From Octopus vulgaris (taxonomy: Eukaryota), in the NCBI GenBank assembly GCA_951406725.2, contig OX597828.1, positions 3,100,001-3,164,000 on the forward strand: DNA of 64,000 bases, read 5' to 3'. The translations under genes and the position numbers were made by a program. Shown in pieces: positions 12,744 through 24,501 of this stretch. Positions within the stretch are counted from its first letter, which is position 1. Each line of letters begins with the position of its first letter. A model generated the notes under the pieces. The model was not told the origin of the DNA. It made no database searches and saw nothing but the letters and a program-made list of their open reading frames with translations.

Positions 12744-13419
12744 ACACACACATACATTTCCACACACACTTACACACCTACATCTACGTTCACATACATT
12801 CGCACATACACCCACAAAGTGAACAAAAAATATTACCACAACCATCAGAACTACCATCTCAACAACCCACAGAAAGACACCAGTCAAACACTGCCTGAAT
12901 AAGGATAAGTATATATAAATTGAATTAAACTAGTATCAGCTCACGAACTGTGACCATGCTGGGGCAACACCATTTGATTTTGTGACATACACATTTCTTA
13001 CTTCGCAAAAAATGATTTTTAGAACTTGACATTCGATGCATGAGAGAATCTGACACCGTTGACTTCTCTGGCCCTTCTTGCTGTGAAGTTAAATTCATCT
13101 GGGTCCCTTGAGAGTAAGAGATCTAATCCTGCTTTTTGATGACACTTACATCCACCTGATATGAGTATAGACTCCTTTTTGTACTATCATATGTACGCAT
13201 GTGCATATATGTGGGGAAATATCTATAGGTGTGTGTATATATGTGTATATATATGTGTGTGCAGGTATATAAGTATGTATAGTTACATAAAAATATGTTT
13301 GTATGGATGTACACCCTCTTATGTGTGTATGTGTGAATACATAAGCATGTATACACACGTGCGTATATATGTGAGCGTGTGTGTATGTGTGAGTGTATGT
13401 ATATGTATATGCGTGTGTG

Positions 13420-13452
<33 letters not shown>

Positions 13453-14089
13453 ACATATGTATGTTCGTATGGATATTTATATATATGTATACACATGGAG
13501 AATGTGTATGTATGTGAATGTGTGTGTGGGGGGTTGTATGCGCGAATGTATGTTTATATACGTAGATGCAGGTGTGTATTTATACGTGTGGATGCATGTA
13601 TACACGCATGTGTAGCTGTGTGGATGTATGTTTGTGTGTGTATGTGTGTGTGTGTGGATGTGACTAAATAAGGGCACACCATACCCAAAATGAATAAAAT
13701 GACCTCAAATCAAAAGATTTGCAAAGGTCATCTTCTGACAAGAACTCAACAACGTTTTTGACCATTCCTAAAGATATTTTATTTCTTTATTCCTGACACT
13801 CTAATCTCTTCTCACCAACATTTTCAACTACTTTTTGTCTTCTTACCGTCCCCCCTTTTTTTCATTCCTTTCCATCCTTTTTTCCTTTTTCCTTTTTCTT
13901 CTTTTTTCATACATGCTGTTGTATTTAGTTTTTGTAGTCTTTTATTATTTATTTCATTTTATTTTTTATATTAGATTTTATATTCTTTATTAAAAAAAAA
14001 TTTTTTTCTATCATTTATTTCCTATTTTTATATATTATTTGTATACTTGTACGAAAAAATTCTGTTGCTATATAAACCTTCTAAACCAC

Positions 14090-15978
14090 AGAATTTGCAT
14101 CCTTAAGAATTTCTTTTCCATTCTTTTTGAGCTTGTGCAAGGATAGGGTTTTGTTCCAAGAAAGTGTATATTCTTTCAGTTAGTATCGATGTGAAGATCT
14201 TGTAGCTGGTGTTCAGACATGTAATCGGTCGGTAGTCCTTTGGATTTTTTGTGTTTTCAGTGTTTGATAGAAGGTATGTTGTTCCTTCGGCCAGCCACGT
14301 AGGTATTTGCTCTGGGTTCTAGATGACATCAGTCAAGGATACAGCAAAATGTTGGTGTACTTCTGTCAAACAATTCAGCCAGGAGCTAGGGACCCGGTCC
14401 AGTCCTGGGGTTCTCCATTTGTGAGACTTTCTAAGAACACATCTTAGCTCTTCTACTCCTATTGTCTTCCATTTCTGCTCTTCAACTTCATCCAGTCTCA
14501 CTTTCTTATGTTCTATCCAGTCAGCTTCAGTATTATATTCTTTTTTATTGCTCCATATCTTCTGCAAGAGCTTTTCCACTTTCTCAATCCTAGGTGGCTC
14601 CTTTACTTCTATCCCACTTTTGCCAATTGCCCTGTAAAACCTTTTTGCAACCGTCTTGGATACCTTGTTTTGTCGATAAAATTTGATTATTTGTCATACC
14701 TTCTGAGCTGTTGGGCTTTCAGTTCTATTCGTTGTTTCACTAGTTCCTTGATTGCAGGGAGGTTTATAGAATCTTTGATTTTATATTCTTCGCTTGCTTT
14801 TGCTAGCTTGCTTCGTCTCAACATTTACTCCTCTAGCAAGTTCATCGAGAACTGATACATCCGCCCGCAAAAATTCGATCTCTTTTGTATTGCTACTTTC
14901 CACTTAGGAGGTCTGTTGACATGGTTAGTCCTTTTCTGTGTCGTCCTGATACCTAATTGAGCAGTTACAACTTTAGCAGTGGAATAGATGAGGTTATTTT
15001 AAGTTGTTAGGTCATTTCCCTTATTTCTTAAGATCTGTCCAAGAGCAATATTATATATTATGATTATGTTGTTATTTCTTATGTTGTTGAGAGCTTTGGT
15101 AGCGGTTCTCTATTGATCATATCAGTAAACTCAGTCTTGCTGAGTTCTCTTATAATATCTTCTTTTGCTTCTATGATCTTCTCTTTATTATTCGCCTCAA
15201 ATTCTGTATCATATCTATTCTGGTGTTCTTGAGGTAGGTCTACTTTCTCCTCTTTTTCCGCATGTCCGTTCTTCGCATGCTTTCTTCAGCTTCTTCGTTG
15301 GAATGTACTGCTCATACACTAGGTTCTGTGCATTTGTTGCCTATTTCCTCTGCATTGTTGCTGTTTTCATTTGGCTTACCATTGGATATTTGTCATTCTA
15401 ATTAGGCTAATTTCAGTATCAGTTAACCTTTTGTTCTTAATGATGCTTCTACGTACATAATTTATTTGCGCCTATATATTTGCGTACTTCGTTGCCGACT
15501 AAGTTTATTCATGAAGTGTAAGTTTGTACAATAAGGTTATTGTTTGGACTTAGCAGGGCTGAATAGAAAACTTTCAACACATCTCTATAATCCTCTCCAG
15601 TCCATTTTATGTGTTTTGCTTTAGGTGGTGTTTTTGGTGGTGTCACTCAGGTCCAGAGTTAGGGTTATCCTGGTTCAGGTTACCTGGCAGTTCGTTTTTT
15701 TGAGAGTTTTTTTCAAGCAGCTGATTTTTCGACCCCAGTCTGGTTCCCCACTGGGTAACGAGGTCCTTGTCCCAGGCGATGAACGATTCAGTATGAGTTT
15801 TGGTTTGTCATTAAAGCATTGACTGAGACAATAGGACACGGGTCTGTCTGTTCAAGGTCGACTTTTTGACATGACACTGTTTCCTTGTTCTTCGAATGGA
15901 TATATTTATCGTATCGTAGGTTGATAGATCGAAAATTGCCTCTATTTTTTCTTTTGGTAGCTATGTTTCCGGGCATAA
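14090..15978 (-). pseudogene. Decayed R4/Dong-like (REL-type) non-LTR retrotransposon, N-terminal to RT start
   Basis: ORF 14319-14579 (KSHKWRTPGLDRVPSSWL), followed out of frame by NPKDYRPITCLNTSYKIFTSILTERIY (14170-14250). Many stops. Confidence 0.75.
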
Positions 15979-15987
15979 CTGTGTAGT

Positions 15988-16245
15988 GGTACTACTTAAG
16001 AACAGTGGTCCCGGTACGCGCACTCGCGCATCCACGCCAGCTAGTCGTGACTAGTCGATCCTTACTTTGTGTTTTGTTTACCTTGTTTTAAAAATATATT
16101 TACTTTGTGTAAAAAAAAATTATTTATTTTGTGTTTTATCTATTTTGCTTGGTAGTCGTTGTAGGATCGACTAGTCACGACTAGCTAGCACGGATGCGCG
16201 AGTACACGAGTGCGCACACCAGGACCACTCTTCTTAAGTAGTACC
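15988..16245. mobile_element. Fold-back MITE with long TIRs and 9-bp TSD (Mutator-like)
   Basis: ggtactacttaagaa.agtggtcc...gctagtcgtgactagtcgatcct (15988-16061) is inverted at 16163-16245. Flanks are ctgtgtagt (15979-87) and ctgtttagt (16246-54), 8/9 identical. Confidence 0.8.
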
Positions 16246-17218
16246 CTGTTTAGTGATGTTTTAAACTGTGTATATTCATTTGTGGGAAGTTGCTTTGTTT
16301 TTGTTTGGTACGGCGTCGCTCGTGTCACGTGTTTTTCTTTTATTTTCTGTGTAGGTACGTGTGTGTCGTGTAGGTATTATTTACGTTGCTTGTAAATATT
16401 ATTTATGTTGCTTGTAAATATTGCCTTTAAATGTGCATTCGGATGCATGGACAGTTGCATGTAAAGGTAATTATTCAATTTACGTACTTACTGTGTAATT
16501 AGTGTGTTTTTCCAGGATTCATGCAGCTGGCTTCGACTTCTTGCGTATATTCAGATATTACGTATTTAAGAAAGAAACTACACTGTATGTAACAAAATTT
16601 ATTTCGATTTTTTAGTTCCTTTACTTTAACAGGACTTTCCCCATAGTTGTATCGTGAAGTTTTCCTTCCATTGCACCGATCCTATTGGATTGTTTTGTGG
16701 AGACAGCTTCTTAGTGTACGTTCATGTTGTTATTATTATTATGATTATTATTCAGTAGTCTTATTTTTATCACGTGCTTTCACTACACTACCGAGCGCAG
16801 CTCTGTGAGCCTTGGGTATGTGCTGTGGTTTGTTGTTCTTTTATTTTTACTGTATGGAAAGTGTTTTACGTAGGATGTGTACGGTGCCTAGCAGTGTTAT
16901 TTTCTGTATGTTATATATACTTGTTAGTCCTGGTATTTTTGTTATGTATTTGTCTGAATATTTTTTTCATCATACCTACTCCGTCTACTATGATAGGAAT
17001 TGTTTCTGTATTTAGACTTCACATTTAAGTTACCTCTATTCCCAATTCTTTGTATTTTGAAAGTTTTTCCGTTTCCTTTAGAGAAACGTTGTCATCTGTT
17101 GGTTTTGATACATCGATTAGAAATCATTTTTTCTTTTTATCTTTTTTCTTTTCTCTCTTTCTTTCTTCTTATTGTTATAAGCAGCATTTCATCTGTGTTT
17201 AACGTTCTGAGTTATTAC

Positions 17219-17357
<139 letters not shown>

Positions 17358-17399
17358 TATGGTTTCCTTTCTTTATAACTTTGTTTCAGTTGCCTTAGT

Positions 17400-17925
17400 A
17401 TCGGGCATCCTCCGGAGGTCAAGAGTAGCAAGGACACTTTTGTTTTGTTATGCATCACCACATTTATTCCATTTTAGATAGAGAGTGCTTTCCTTAGTAG
17501 ATGGGCTGTGTCCATCAAGGTTCTCTTTTGTAGTTCACGGAGATTGGAGTTACAAAGGAGTTACTTTATATAATTCTCAGCTCCGTTCTTTATCATTCCC
17601 AACGCACCAATTACTACTTGTATTATCATAGTACTAACCTTCCACATTTCTGTCATTTCAATTTGCAGATCTTTACAGTGAGAAAGCTTTTCGTATTTGT
17701 TTTCTTGAGACATTTTGATCTTGTGGGACAGACATATCTATTAACAGACAAGTTCCTCTGTTATAGTCCTTGATTACAATGTCTGGTCAATTTGTCTGTC
17801 TGTTTGTATTGGAAGTTCCAAAGGATGGTGGCGCCCTCACCATTTACTACATCCTCTGGATAGTGCCTGTACCATTTATCATGGGATTTGATTTTGTAGT
17901 ATTTATAAGCATTCCAATGGATGTA
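17400..17925 (-). mobile_element. R4/Dong-like LINE 3' fragment (REL region) between (TAT)n tracts
   Basis: Minus-strand remnants resembling PDIVIKD..LLIDMS.P.D, DLQIEMTEMWK and VIGALGMIK; flanked by (TAT)n at 17212-17358 and 17926-17990. Confidence 0.65.
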
Positions 17926-17926
17926 C

Positions 17927-17982
<56 letters not shown>

Positions 17983-18444
17983 TTAATATTATTACCATCA
18001 TCATCTTCAACATCGTCATCACCGTCATCATCATCATCATCGCCATCATCATCATCATCATCCCCTATCATCATCACCATCATCATTATCATCCTCATCC
18101 TCCTCATCATCGTCATCATCGTCGTCATCATCGTCGTCATCATCGTCGTCGTCGTCGTCATCATCATCGTCATCATCGTCATCATCGTTTGGTCATTATT
18201 TCTGTAAGTCGGAAATGATTTATTTGTATTTTTGTCTTAATAGTTGTTTATCTCAGGTTTGCAAATTTACAATCGATATTTCTGCGGAGAAGAGACAAGA
18301 ACAACAACAGCAACAACGACAACAGCAGATAACAATAACATTAAAATAACCACGTGAGAGGAAACTAATGAAAATGTTAGTAATATTGCGCATACAGGTG
18401 TCTATCCGTCTGTCTATATTTATACATATGTGTGATTTATTTCT

Positions 18445-18797
18445 GTATGTATGTATGTATGTATGTATGTATGTATGTATGTATGTGTGTGTGTGTGAGC
18501 ATGTATGTACGTGTGTATGTATGTATGTATGTATGTATGTATGTATGTATGTATGTATGTATGTATGTATGTGTGTGTGTGTGAGCATGTATGTACGTGT
18601 GTATGTATGTATGTATGTATGTATGTATGTATGTATGTATGTATGTATGTATGTATGTATGTATGTATGTGTGTGTGTGTATGCATGCATGTATAAATGT
18701 ATATGTGAGTATGTATGTACGTATGCATGTGTGTGTATGAGCATGTATGTACGTGTGTATGTGTGTGAGTATGTATTTTTGTAAGTACGTATGTATG

Positions 18798-18831
<34 letters not shown>

Positions 18832-18945
18832 TGTATGTATGTATATATGTGTGTGTATATATGTATGTATGTATGTGTGTATGTGTGTATGTATGTATGT
18901 GTGTATGTATGTATGTATGTATGTATGTATGTATGTATATATGCA
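18445..18945. repeat. (TATG)n compound microsatellite with higher-order unit gtgtgagcatgtatgtacgtgt
   Basis: The unit recurs near 18493, 18579, 18704 and 18735 between (TATG)n runs. Confidence 0.85.
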
Positions 18946-19353
18946 TGTATGTCTGTATGCGTGCATGCATGTATGTATGTGTGTATGTATGCAAGTCGTC
19001 TGTCTGTCTGTATGTGTGTGTATATCTATGTACGCATGTATGTGTGTGTATGTATGTATATATGTATGTATGTGTGTGTGTGTAGAAGTGCTTGTGTAGG
19101 TGTATGTGCAAATACATTAATGTGCATGCGTATGTTTTCACGAGTATGTGGGTGTGTGTATTTATGCGTGTGTGCTCCATTTTGTGTGTGTGTATGTGTG
19201 TGTGTCCATGTGCGCGCTCACGTGCGTGTAAGAGTGGTGTGTTTTCGTTTTTGCTTAAAAGCAAAATTGTTGCTGTTTGCTTTTAATGTTTATCAATTGC
19301 GTCGCTTTCAACTTGATGTCATTAGCTCCTCTCACTAATGCCACCAATACAGT

Positions 19354-19419
<66 letters not shown>

Positions 19420-20029
19420 CTCCTGCACCGCCTCTAACTACTACCAGTTTCTACTATCACTCACCATTACCACCCACACACTGATATCACCAAAATTAAT
19501 AATACAACCGCCAACATATCTCATCAGCACCACTAGCACCACCATCACTACCATCACCACCATTACCACCAACACTACCCTTACCCCGACAACTACTACC
19601 ACTACCATCATCATTACTACCATCACTAGCATCAACATCATTACTACCACCTTCACCACAACCATCGCTCTCACCTTTATTATCACATCATCACAACAAA
19701 CGTACGTCACTGGTACCACCACCACTACCAACTTCACTACTCTTACTGCCATCACAATTAAAACTACGAGAAGAATCACCAGCACCGTTTCCACTACCAC
19801 CGCCATTAACACTTCTCCCACCATGAATATGATAATATATCACAATTCTTATCATCAGCACACTCAATCCCACCACCACCACCACCACCACCATGATCAA
19901 TATTGCAGAACAACTACTACTGCCACCTCTACAACCACCCCTTCCCTCCCCCACCACTACATCGGTTGTCATTATCCCAACTCCCATCATCTCTACTACC
20001 GCGATTTTGGTTGCTTAAAGATTTAGCAA

Positions 20030-21180
20030 AGAAGTACCTGCGTTGATGAAGAATCGACAAAACTGATGGACATGAGACCGTCAGGTCAACTCACGATGAT
20101 TCTCACGTGAGTTTGATAATGGGGTCTTTAGAAAGTGTTTCCTGGCTGATGGCCAATGATATACACCGAAACAAGTTGCACAATTCTACCGCAATATGTC
20201 ATTAGAAGAAAGGATGCATGCACACATGCTAACGGTCATGCATGGCTACATTCTAAGATGACGTCAGAGTGACAGAAACATTGATAACCAGAGTGGTCTA
20301 TCCTGGACTAATAACTGCAATATTAGCTCTAACTTTGAAGGATATGTTTCATTAATATAAGAGCAGGATATGCTACAATATACTGGGGCACAAAAGATAT
20401 ATGAAAGCTGGTAAACCACTCAGAAGCGACAGCTGATGCAGCTGGTTTGGAATTAACCTTTAGGTTGTCATCCACATTATTGGAATTGTCAGCCACATCG
20501 CCTCTTACAGACGATTCTCGTCTGTCACTGATATGAGTTCTTTTAAGTAGCAACCCGAAAGTTTCCTTATGGTATTAGCTACTTATAAGACATGAGATCA
20601 TTGCAAGAACGCTATATAATGAAATCCGTACAAAGAATAATCTTGTGGATAGAAATATGAGGAGCTACACTGATGCGGAGTGGGTCGTAACCACTCATAA
20701 TTCAGAAGAAATGGTGGAACATTCCCGTCAAAACTTCAATACAATACTAGCACAACAAACCAGGCATAATTATTTGGGGCAAAGTACGGAAATTAAGCAC
20801 AGTAATTGAAATAAGTTACCCAGCAAATGTTATCAAACTATTAAAGATTAGTGTAAAAGAGCATATCTTAAGTTTTCTGCCAGTAGCTTTTTGACTGCTT
20901 AGCTAAGTAACTACTACAGTACCAACCTTGAGAACCTGGAATTCACAGAATCAAAAAGAATGCACCTTGCCAGAAGATTACATCTATGAGCTGTCAAAGG
21001 TAGTGTCAAAATATGTTGAATATTCATGAAGTTCAGCATGTAATACAGGATGAGGTGAATAAATGGTCGTTAAATTACGCAAAAATGAAAATAACACTGA
21101 AGAGCCTGGGCAGTTCCTGGTAATTCCTGGAAGTTCCGGCGCCCGTAACAGACGATTCTCGTCTGTCAATGATATGAATA
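20030..21180 (+). mobile_element. Decayed, internally rearranged R4/Dong-like LINE 3' region
   Basis: Fragments MHGYIL.., RHEIIARTLYNEIR, WWNIPVKTS..HNKPGIIIW and IEISYPANV. The hairpin acagacgattctcgtctgt occurs at both 20507 and 21148. Confidence 0.6.
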
Positions 21181-21463
21181 TGAGTGGTTTTATGCACCTT
21201 GTGTCCATATGAGAGGTCCTCTCAAGGTAAATAATGCAGTATTTGGTGTTCTAAAGCAACATATACACTACGTTGAACATGAAGATTCTCGATTGGTGTT
21301 TTGGGTGATTATAGACTCTGTCAACACACATGTATACAATTATGTGCTTTAACTACAGCTTTAGAGTATTTTAGCTCTTATTTCTAGCACTGTAGTTGTT
21401 CTAACACCCTTAATTGCATTTAGTGACATAGTTTTCCTTTAAGGTAAAATATTGCGCATCGCT

Positions 21464-21525
<62 letters not shown>

Positions 21526-21531
<6 letters not shown>

Positions 21532-21698
21532 TTCGGAATGGTCATTTTGCCAGTTTAGCCAATAAAAACACACGCACTATATATTTAGTGCTATTTTGCT
21601 TCAGTGTTATTTATTTTTTACATTAATCTTAATCTTATTTCGGCCAGAGTTCTTTCGTCACACTCCTGTGACCGCAAAATGACCATTCCGAAATATAA
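21526..21698. repeat. Short element with 25-bp perfect inverted repeat between (TA)n tracts
   Basis: ttatatttcggaatggtcattttgc (21526-50) / gcaaaatgaccattccgaaatataa (21674-98). Confidence 0.85.
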
Positions 21699-21755
21699 CA
21701 ATATCTGTTTCAACACGACTTCACATAAAAAATCTTGCACAACAAATATTTAAAC

Positions 21756-21793
<38 letters not shown>

Positions 21794-21931
21794 AAATACA
21801 AGGTAGCTAAATGTTGCTTAAGTTTCCCCGGATTTAATTCCGAGATAATAAGTCGTATTTAATAGTAAATAGGAAAATTGAATGAGGAGACGAAGGCTCA
21901 GGCTGTTGTTAAACCATTTATATCTTGAAGT

Positions 21932-22016
21932 CTTCTACATATGTTTCGATGGATGCACTCCAAGAATGTCCGACAGGATAAATTATGGTCAGCAATACAT
22001 CAATCTCATCAGGAAG
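21932..22016 (-). ncRNA. Type I hammerhead ribozyme with long stem II and palindromic minimal stem III
   Basis: Reverse complement of 24417-24501 with one substitution in stem II: CUUC-CUGAUGA-GAU..AUC-GAAA-CAUAUG-UA-GAAG. Confidence 0.85.
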
Positions 22017-23729
22017 GATATAAATAAGAAACTCGTCAAACAGACATGTTAACAGAAAAAGAAAGTCCTATAAAATACAACGTATTTATATTCATATGCA
22101 CACGCGCGTACACACACTCAAATATGTGATGTGTAAATATAAACATAATATACAGACAAAAAACACAAACGTATATACACATATACATACGCAGGCATTA
22201 ATATAATACACATACACACACGTATATATATAAATGCACACTCACGCATATATATTATATAAACATATACATAATTATATTCATACAAACACACATTCAT
22301 AAATATTCAAATACATACATATATAGGCAGAAATATACTCACACTCATATAATATAATATCTACACATATACTCGTACATACTCTTGCAGCAAAGACATA
22401 GAAACATACTTGTGCTAAAATATATGTTTACGATCTCATACTTCTTATGCACATAAACAAACGATCATATACATACCCAAGAGCACACACACCCCAAAAC
22501 ATCGCTAGACCCAAACACATAATTGTATACACATACACACACTTACTTAAGCACATATGCATTATTGTTCATTCACAAAATACTTACATATGAACAGGGG
22601 ACGCTAGGAATTTAAATTGACGTTATCGAAACAAACTAGATATTGAGAGAGAAGATGTATAGAAAGATAGGGAGGAGGAAAGAAAGGAAGGATAAAACAA
22701 AGTAAGAGAGAGAGGAGAGGAACGTGCAAATTGTAAATATAAAAAATGCATGAAAAGGAAGGAAAGAAGGAGAGAGGGGGGAATTATGGGAAGTAAGATG
22801 GAAGAAAAAAATAAAGAAAATTTGCAGAAATTATTATTAGGTTATGGGGAGAAATTATTTGAAAGAACTAAAAAAGTGTTAGTTCAAAGGAAACATTTAG
22901 AAACTCACACTCACTCTCATAAGCATATATAACTACACATATACTAATACATATTCCTACTTCAAACACGCAGATCCACACATATGCTTTAATAGACGTT
23001 TACGATCTGTCGCTTATAAACATAAACAAACGTTCACACACATACAGAAGAACACACACATCCTAAAACAACGACAGACAGAAACACACTATAATAAACC
23101 CATACACACTAAGAATATATACATTATTGTGCACACCGAAATATACAAACGTACGATAGCAAAAACGGGTATATACGCATATATGTATATGGAGAGCCAG
23201 GTAGTAGGGTAACTCTACAAATTTACAATGGTTTTAAGGAAATTAACTAGATTGGGTAAGAGAAGGAGAAAAGGAATGGAAAGATATGGAACAAAAAAAA
23301 AAAACGAAGTAAAAAGCGAGAGTGAAGAGGAACAGGGGAATTGTATACATGAAAATGCATAAAAGAAAAGTAAAGAAGGGAGAGTAAAGGCTATGGGAAG
23401 ATGGAAGAATAAAGAAAAGAAAATTTGCAGAAAATATTATTAGCTTACAGGTGGATATTATTTGAAAGAAGTAAAAGAGTGTTTTTTCCAATGAATGCAT
23501 TTGTAAACTCTCTCTGTAAATTTGTTTACCAATATGTGTTTAGAGGGGAGAATAAAATAATGCTCTTCCGTGCATAAAGGACAGAAATATTTCCCTTTAT
23601 CATAAGGAATGTGTACGAGTATATGTTTAGATATATATGCATATGTGTGTGAGTATATTTCTGCCTATGGATGTATTTGAATATATAAGTAAGTGTATGT
23701 ATATATATGTATATATTTATGTATATGGT

Positions 23730-23783
<54 letters not shown>

Positions 23784-23861
23784 TCTGAAAAGTTAGAGAA
23801 TGCAAGTCGGTAGAATCGCACATGCTTCTAACGATATGTACTTCTAGGATAACAAAGGCTG

Positions 23862-23934
23862 CTTACTGAAGAGTCTAGCCTTGGCAGATAAATTATATTT
23901 TTCTGCTAAAAAAAAGACGAAACTGCAGTATAAG
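23862..23934 (+). ncRNA. Type I hammerhead ribozyme with palindromic minimal stem III
   Basis: ctta-ctgaaga-gtct...(ttggcaga/tctgctaa)...agac-gaaa-ctgcag-ta-taag. Stems I and II are perfect; predicted cleavage after A23930. Confidence 0.85.
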
Positions 23935-24124
23935 ATGAGCCGAGTTTGTAAACGTTTTTGATTTTCATTTCATTGAATTTATCCACTTTTTGTGTATCTA
24001 GTACTTGCTTCTTTTAGAGGCCTTTTAATGTACTTATATATGAATAACGTATAGTCTAATGACTAATTTGTCTTTTGTGCTAGATCACTGGTAATAATAA
24101 TTTATTTTATTACCCTTTTTACTA

Positions 24125-24203
<79 letters not shown>

Positions 24204-24416
24204 GTATATATGTATATATTTATGTATATATATATATATGTTTATGTACATGTGTGTATACGTTTGTGTTTTTTGTATGCATATAACGTTTATATTTACA
24301 CGTTCACATAATTGAGTGTGTGTACGCGCGTGTGCATATGAATATAAATACATTGTATTTTGTAGGACTTTCTTTTTCTGTTAACATGTCTGTTTGACGA
24401 GTTTCTTATTTATATC

Positions 24417-24501
24417 CTTCCTGATGAGATTGATGCATTGCTGACCATAATTTATCCTGTCGGACATTCTTGGAGTGCATCCATCGAAACATATGTAGAA
24501 G
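24417..24501 (+). ncRNA. Type I hammerhead ribozyme
   Basis: cttc(24417-20) ctgatga(24421-27) gattgatgcatt...agtgcatccatc gaaa(24486-89) catatg ta(24496-97) gaag. Confidence 0.88.

Noticed and set aside
19277-20026. 249-aa Thr/His-rich mucin-like ORF
   Set aside because: Built from (ACT)n/(ACC)n/(CAT)n degenerate trinucleotide repeats with a non-ATG start; no splice or domain evidence.
21092-21175. ctgaaga...gtaa-cagacga-ttc-tcgtctg-tc as a hammerhead
   Set aside because: GTAA replaces GAAA and stems I and II do not pair at the core; more likely a LINE 3' UTR hairpin.
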